This document shows positions 59,099 through 64,000 of a stretch of 64,000 nt of DNA, piece by piece. Where the stretch lies: assembly GCF_009914755.1 (NCBI RefSeq), contig NC_060931.1, one strand, 5' to 3'. Origin of the DNA: the human T2T-CHM13v2.0 reference genome, Homo sapiens. A model generated the notes under the pieces. The model did no database searches. It was not told the DNA's origin and was given only the letters and a program-made list of their open reading frames with translations. Numbering within the stretch: position 1 is the stretch's first letter; every line of letters begins with the position of its first letter. The position numbers and the translations under genes were made by a program.

Positions 59099-60872
59099 TG
59101 TGCTGGTATTTTTTAAAAATTGTAGTTGTTACTCTCTTATTAATTCTCTGGGTACAAATTTACACCAATATTCAATGGTTGGTCTATGAGTCTCTTTCTC
59201 TATCTTACTCTCTCTTTCTCTCTCTCTCTTTCCATAAGCCTTATTAGTTGTACTACAGCATTTTTGAAGATGTATCCTTTTTAGTAATCAGTATAGCAAT
59301 AATGATTGTATTTGATGATGAAGCCAGAAATGGGTAGAAAGAGGCACCTCCTCTTCTCACTGACATCAGTAAGATATAATGATGTATTGTCATGGGTCAT
59401 TGTGTGTGTCTGGCACCTTCTGGCTCTGTGCTGGGGTCAGTCTGGGTGCTGTGGTCATGACCTTTGATGCATGTGTGAAACATTCTGTCAGGAGGCAGCT
59501 GGCTGGAGCCAGCGGCGCTGTGACCAACGGAGATACACAGGCTGGGTGGGTCCTGCAGGGATTACTGTGTGTTGGAAGCGGGCGCGGGGTGGGGGTGTCC
59601 TGTGATCCCAAAGGTTATGAATCAACAATCAAATTCCATAACAATAAAATTTAATCAGGGCCTTTGCTTCATCAAGTAAATAGATGGTGAAAATTAATTC
59701 TTCATCCTTTTTCTCTTGTTCTGATTCCTAGTCATCTGCTGAAATGGGTGGTTTGCATTAAAAAAAAATTGAGCTCTGAACTATGTGAATGGCTAATTAC
59801 AGATATTTATTTTTAAATATGCTCAGAAAATGAGTAAATGAATGCTTATGAGGCCCATGGGTTACTTCTGGTGTTTCATTATGGAAGTGTTTAAGTATTG
59901 CTGTGGGTTGATATAATTTCATATTTGGGAATGCTTTATTATAAGTTATTAGTGAATATTGATTTCTACATTTAAAAAATACCTGTTTACTGGATAACCA
60001 GTTGAGTCATTCGTGGGTTCAATTTGACAGACACAGTGGAAATTTTGAATAGTCTGATGCTGTAACCAGCACCATTGAGACATTCCTGCCCTTTGTCAGG
60101 GCTCCCTCAGTTGGTGTCTGTAGGTGTCAGACCCTGCTCATTGTACTGGCCCCCACGGGACACAAAACACAAGCAGAGCCCACACAAGGGCTGGGAGGGT
60201 ACTCCAGCGCCTGACACAGGGTGGTCCCCAAAAACTATTTGCTGACTGGTTAATCCAATTTGCAGAAGTTTCGAGAGGAGTGTTGATCTGAATTCTGAAG
60301 GACAGAACATTTGTCTGGTTGAAAAATGGGGATTTTAAAAATATTCCAAATCCTAAGAAAAACAAATCAGTGAATAATTTTACTTGGTCTTGAAATGTTA
60401 AAACTAACATTATTATTAAATGAGCAAAAATTGTGGTATAACATGTTAAGCTTCTTTATGTTATCCATAGATACTAGTTTTCCTAAATCTTTTGTGAAGT
60501 TCTTTGACCATATTATCTTTTCTAGGTAGAATTTTGTTGAATGCCAGAATCTTGAAATCTGATCAGTAAGGGGTTTTTGTTGGGCACCTGCCTTGGGTAC
60601 AGAGCTCCACTTGGTGTAGGTGCTATGGGGATAGAAGAAAGTACATGGCCCTGTCCCTGCCCAGAGATGCCTGAGAAGGAAAGCTTCCAATAAATGAGCT
60701 ACCCCCATTTTCTTGCTGAGGGTATTTAACACCGTGGTAAAGAGGAGAGGCCTGCAAATGGATTTGGTTCAGTTCCTTTGTCTGACACTGGATCTGACGT
60801 TTTAAGCAAATTATTTTGCCTTGCATTGCCTTGCCTCAGTTTCCTCATCTATAAAATAAAAATACATAACAT

Positions 60873-61380
60873 GACCAGGCAGAGTGGCATGTGCCTGTAG
60901 TCTCAGCTACTTAGGAGGCTGAGGCAGGAGGATCGCTTGAGCCCAGGAGTTTGAGGACAGCCTGGGCAATGTAGTGAGAGCCTGTATCTTAAAATAATAA
61001 TAACAACAATTACATGATTTTGATGGCATGTGGAAAAGCGTGGAAGTTTCCTTTTGCATGGTGCTTGGCATGTACAAAACACATAGTGAAGACTGGGTGT
61101 GGTGGCTCACACGTATAATCCCAACACTTTGGGAAGCCAAGATGAGAGGATCACTTGAGCCCAGGAATTTGAGACCTGCCTGAGCAACATAGTAAGATCC
61201 TGTCTCAACAACAAATTTTAAAGTTAGCTGGGCATGGTGGTTCATGCCTGTATTCCCAGCTACTTGGGAGGCTGAGACAGGAGAATCACTTGAATGCAGG
61301 AGTCAGAGGCTACAGTGAGCTATGATTGCTCTGCACTCCAGCCTGGGCAACAGAGCGAGACCCTGTCTCAAACAAACAAA
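60873..61380 (+). mobile_element. Alu monomer (60873-61010) and AluJ-like dimer (61091-61380)
   Basis: Alu sequence with A-rich tails. Confidence 0.85.
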
Positions 61381-61957
61381 TATAACACATGGTGAGATAC
61401 TAACTATGGATTCCAGTTTGGGCTGACTCTTGATTTGACTCCTGCGTCTTATCCCCCACTCTCATTCCTGTGACATAATCAGACAAAAATCAACATAATC
61501 CTGACCAAGAAACAGTCCTTGCCTGACTTTTCAAAGCTGCAAGTCCATTTTTAGACATGGGCCACCATGCAGGTGAATCTGTGGGAGTGATAACCAGCAC
61601 TTGGGGCCACCTTGGCAGACTTGCAGAGGGGGAAACATCTGGCAGCTTCCTTTGTTCCAATGGGTTTATTTTAGGCCTCTGAGTCTCTGATACCTAGTGG
61701 AAGCCTGGCACACAAAAATAATACTAATCCAGGTACAGCTATAAAACAAATGACTCTTTCAAAGTGGGGGAGGTTGGGGATAAAGCATGTAGCTTGGTTA
61801 TCCCAGGTTACTGTTAGAAAGGAGAAGCCCACCCTGGGGTAAGGGTCGTTATCCTTCCTGGGATGTGTCTCAGGACAGGCTCAGGCATGACTTGCAGCCA
61901 GCACCCCCGGAATGCCCGGCCTTCCTCATTTTGGTCTCTTGCAGGCCACCTTCCCTT

Positions 61958-61980
61958 AAGTCACTATCGGTCACTGACCT
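61958..61980 (+). promoter_or_regulatory. Candidate LXR response element (DR4) overlapping an IR1 element
   Basis: AAGTCA ctat CGGTCA c TGACCT. The DR4 part is 14/16 identical to the ABCA1 LXRE AGGTTActatCGGTCA. Confidence 0.6.
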
Positions 61981-64000
61981 CTTCCCCAGAAAAGGCTTAA
62001 GAGGTCTCTAGACTTACAATGATTTCTATGTCCACTCTTAGGAACTTTTATTTGCTCATTTGGGCCAGGTGGCATAAAATCAAATGGTGCTTAGAAGTGA
62101 CCACACTGGTATCAGGTCATGAAGTGTGCCCCATTTCTGTCAGGGAAGCATTCTCCTGAGAAGTCCTGGTTTGTGCCAAGCATTGTTATCTTGGATGACT
62201 TGGGTCCTGGTCCTGAAATTGAGCATGTGCTTAAAATGACAAGAGGGAGTAAATAGGACAAGTAGATAGGTTAGCCTGGTCATTCCTAGGTCAGAGTGGC
62301 TTCTGTTGAGAACTGAAAATTAGGCTGAAGCCTTTGCAGAGCAGCTGGACAGATAAGCATGGAGGAGAGTGTATGCACACTGGAGAGGTGGGAAGAGGGA
62401 GGGGAGAGGACGAGGCTCAGATAGAACAAGAGAGTGCAGGAGAGGGGCAGAGATGCTGTGGTAGACTCTGGAACCACCAGTGATGCTGCTGTCATCCTGG
62501 CAGCTTGGAAGCAGCTATCATCCTGGCTGCCGCATCTGGCCCCTGTGACAGCTGAAACCAAAGGTGGGACTGGCTGGAGCTAACTAGAACTGGTTTTCCG
62601 CAGTGAGATTTCACCCCACACAGAAGAAGAGAGAAGAAGGCTCAGACTGGGAATGATTCAGTGACGTGTTCAGCTGCCTGGTGTGTTATAGTTTGAGCCA
62701 TCCCAGGAGGTGCAAATCTTCAGCACTTTGGACTAAAAACAAACGCAGACTTATGCCCTGACCATTCCAGCGGGCAGCACTTGCTGTCTGATCGGACATG
62801 TTTCATTTTAGGAAATTGCTCATTTCTGTTAGTCTCAGGGAGCTATCATGGACCAGGAACTGCAGTCTTTTCTGGTGTGGGAGTCTGGGATCCTAAACTG
62901 TTGTGAGACCCCTGCTACATGCCCTTAAGTTTGAAGGGGCAGTTTCAGGAGGTAAAGATTAGGGGCTCTTCTTTAGAAGAGTCTAAGCCTTTACAAGAGT
63001 CTTTACGAGACTCTTTCCGCGTTGTCGAAACCCCATAGGTTAAAATGTCTCATCTGTGTGCTCTGCACAGGCACACAGAGGCCTGAGTCGAATTTAAAAG
63101 AAGGCACTGGGCACCCAAGCCCTTCACCCTTTTCTAAAAGAGGAGCACATGAGCTTTGCATTGCAGATGCAATTTTTATTTTTAAACACCGTAAGTGATG
63201 GCGTGTGAGCAGTGACGCATCCACAGCCAGCTAATCTGTATTGTGTAAAAACACACAAACCACAAATTATTTTTAAAAGGGAAGAAAGCAGAAGAACAGA
63301 TGCAGCAAACTCCTTGTATCACGTGAATTGAGGAGAAAAACTCCACCAGATGCGTTTCTGAGCAACAGCAGAGGGAACACTAGCATGCCCAGATGGGGCA
63401 GGGAGTTCTGTCTGCCTGCTTCTCTGGGGAAGACACCTTTCTTTGTGTCCAATTTCCAGGACAGTGACACTGTCTATTTTTGTGTGCATGTATTTCTTCT
63501 TTCTCTTTCTTTAAAAAAAAAAAAATTAACAATTACATACATATTGAAAAGTACAGCAGTCAGAGAAGTGTGCAGTATTGTTACAAAGTGAGCCAACCTG
63601 TAACTCAAGTCGCAGAAATTTACCCGGCGAAGGCCTGTGTCTTACTCAACACACCTGGGTTATGAAATAGCCTATTATATAACCCAGCTCCCCTTACATT
63701 TTTTTTAAAAATGAGATTAACATCTAAGAAGTAACAAAAATGGTACTCCTTGGACCATGACTAGAACTAAATGTTGTTTTCGTGAATGCGGTTAGAGACC
63801 TTCTGGATCAAGAAACACAGAGCATCCGAGTGGGAAGCATTCTGTCTTCTGTCCTTGGCTCCAGTAGCCTGGTTGGGCTGCATGTTCTCCATGAGGATGA
63901 GTGGTGGCCAGATCTCCGGACCAGGTGGAAGGCTGTGCAGGGCATCCCTTCTCTGTCGGTTTCCTGGGTGGGGCTTGGTCACTGGAGTGGGGATGCGCAG

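Overview
Human genomic DNA (Alu/L1/MIR/MaLR-rich) containing the 5' end of EEPD1 (endonuclease/exonuclease/phosphatase domain-containing 1, + strand; 7p14.2 from recall). The gene part comprises a CpG-island promoter (~23.7-24.8 kb), non-coding exon 1 (ends 24654), a 458-nt intron 1, a 1070-nt exon 2 (25113-26182) encoding the first 292 codons (myristoylation motif, two ComEA-like helix-hairpin-helix modules, start of the EEP domain), and at least 37.8 kb of intron 2 to the window end. Upstream lies a decayed MARK2 processed pseudogene (17.7-19.2 kb) fused directly to a 3'-truncated L1. The rest is interspersed repeats, and nearly all other ORFs in the track are repeat-derived or chance. I see no wholly new biological system. 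The best leads are: (1) a composite DR4/IR1 nuclear-receptor element in intron 2 that is 14/16 identical to the ABCA1 LXR element; (2) a possible L1-MARK2 chimeric retroinsertion; (3) a cryptic 89-bp triplicated unit that builds the EEPD1 promoter; (4) uORFs and an in-frame stop at the exon 2 donor. Repeat subfamily names are by eye. Boundaries are approximate unless a target-site duplication (TSD) is cited.
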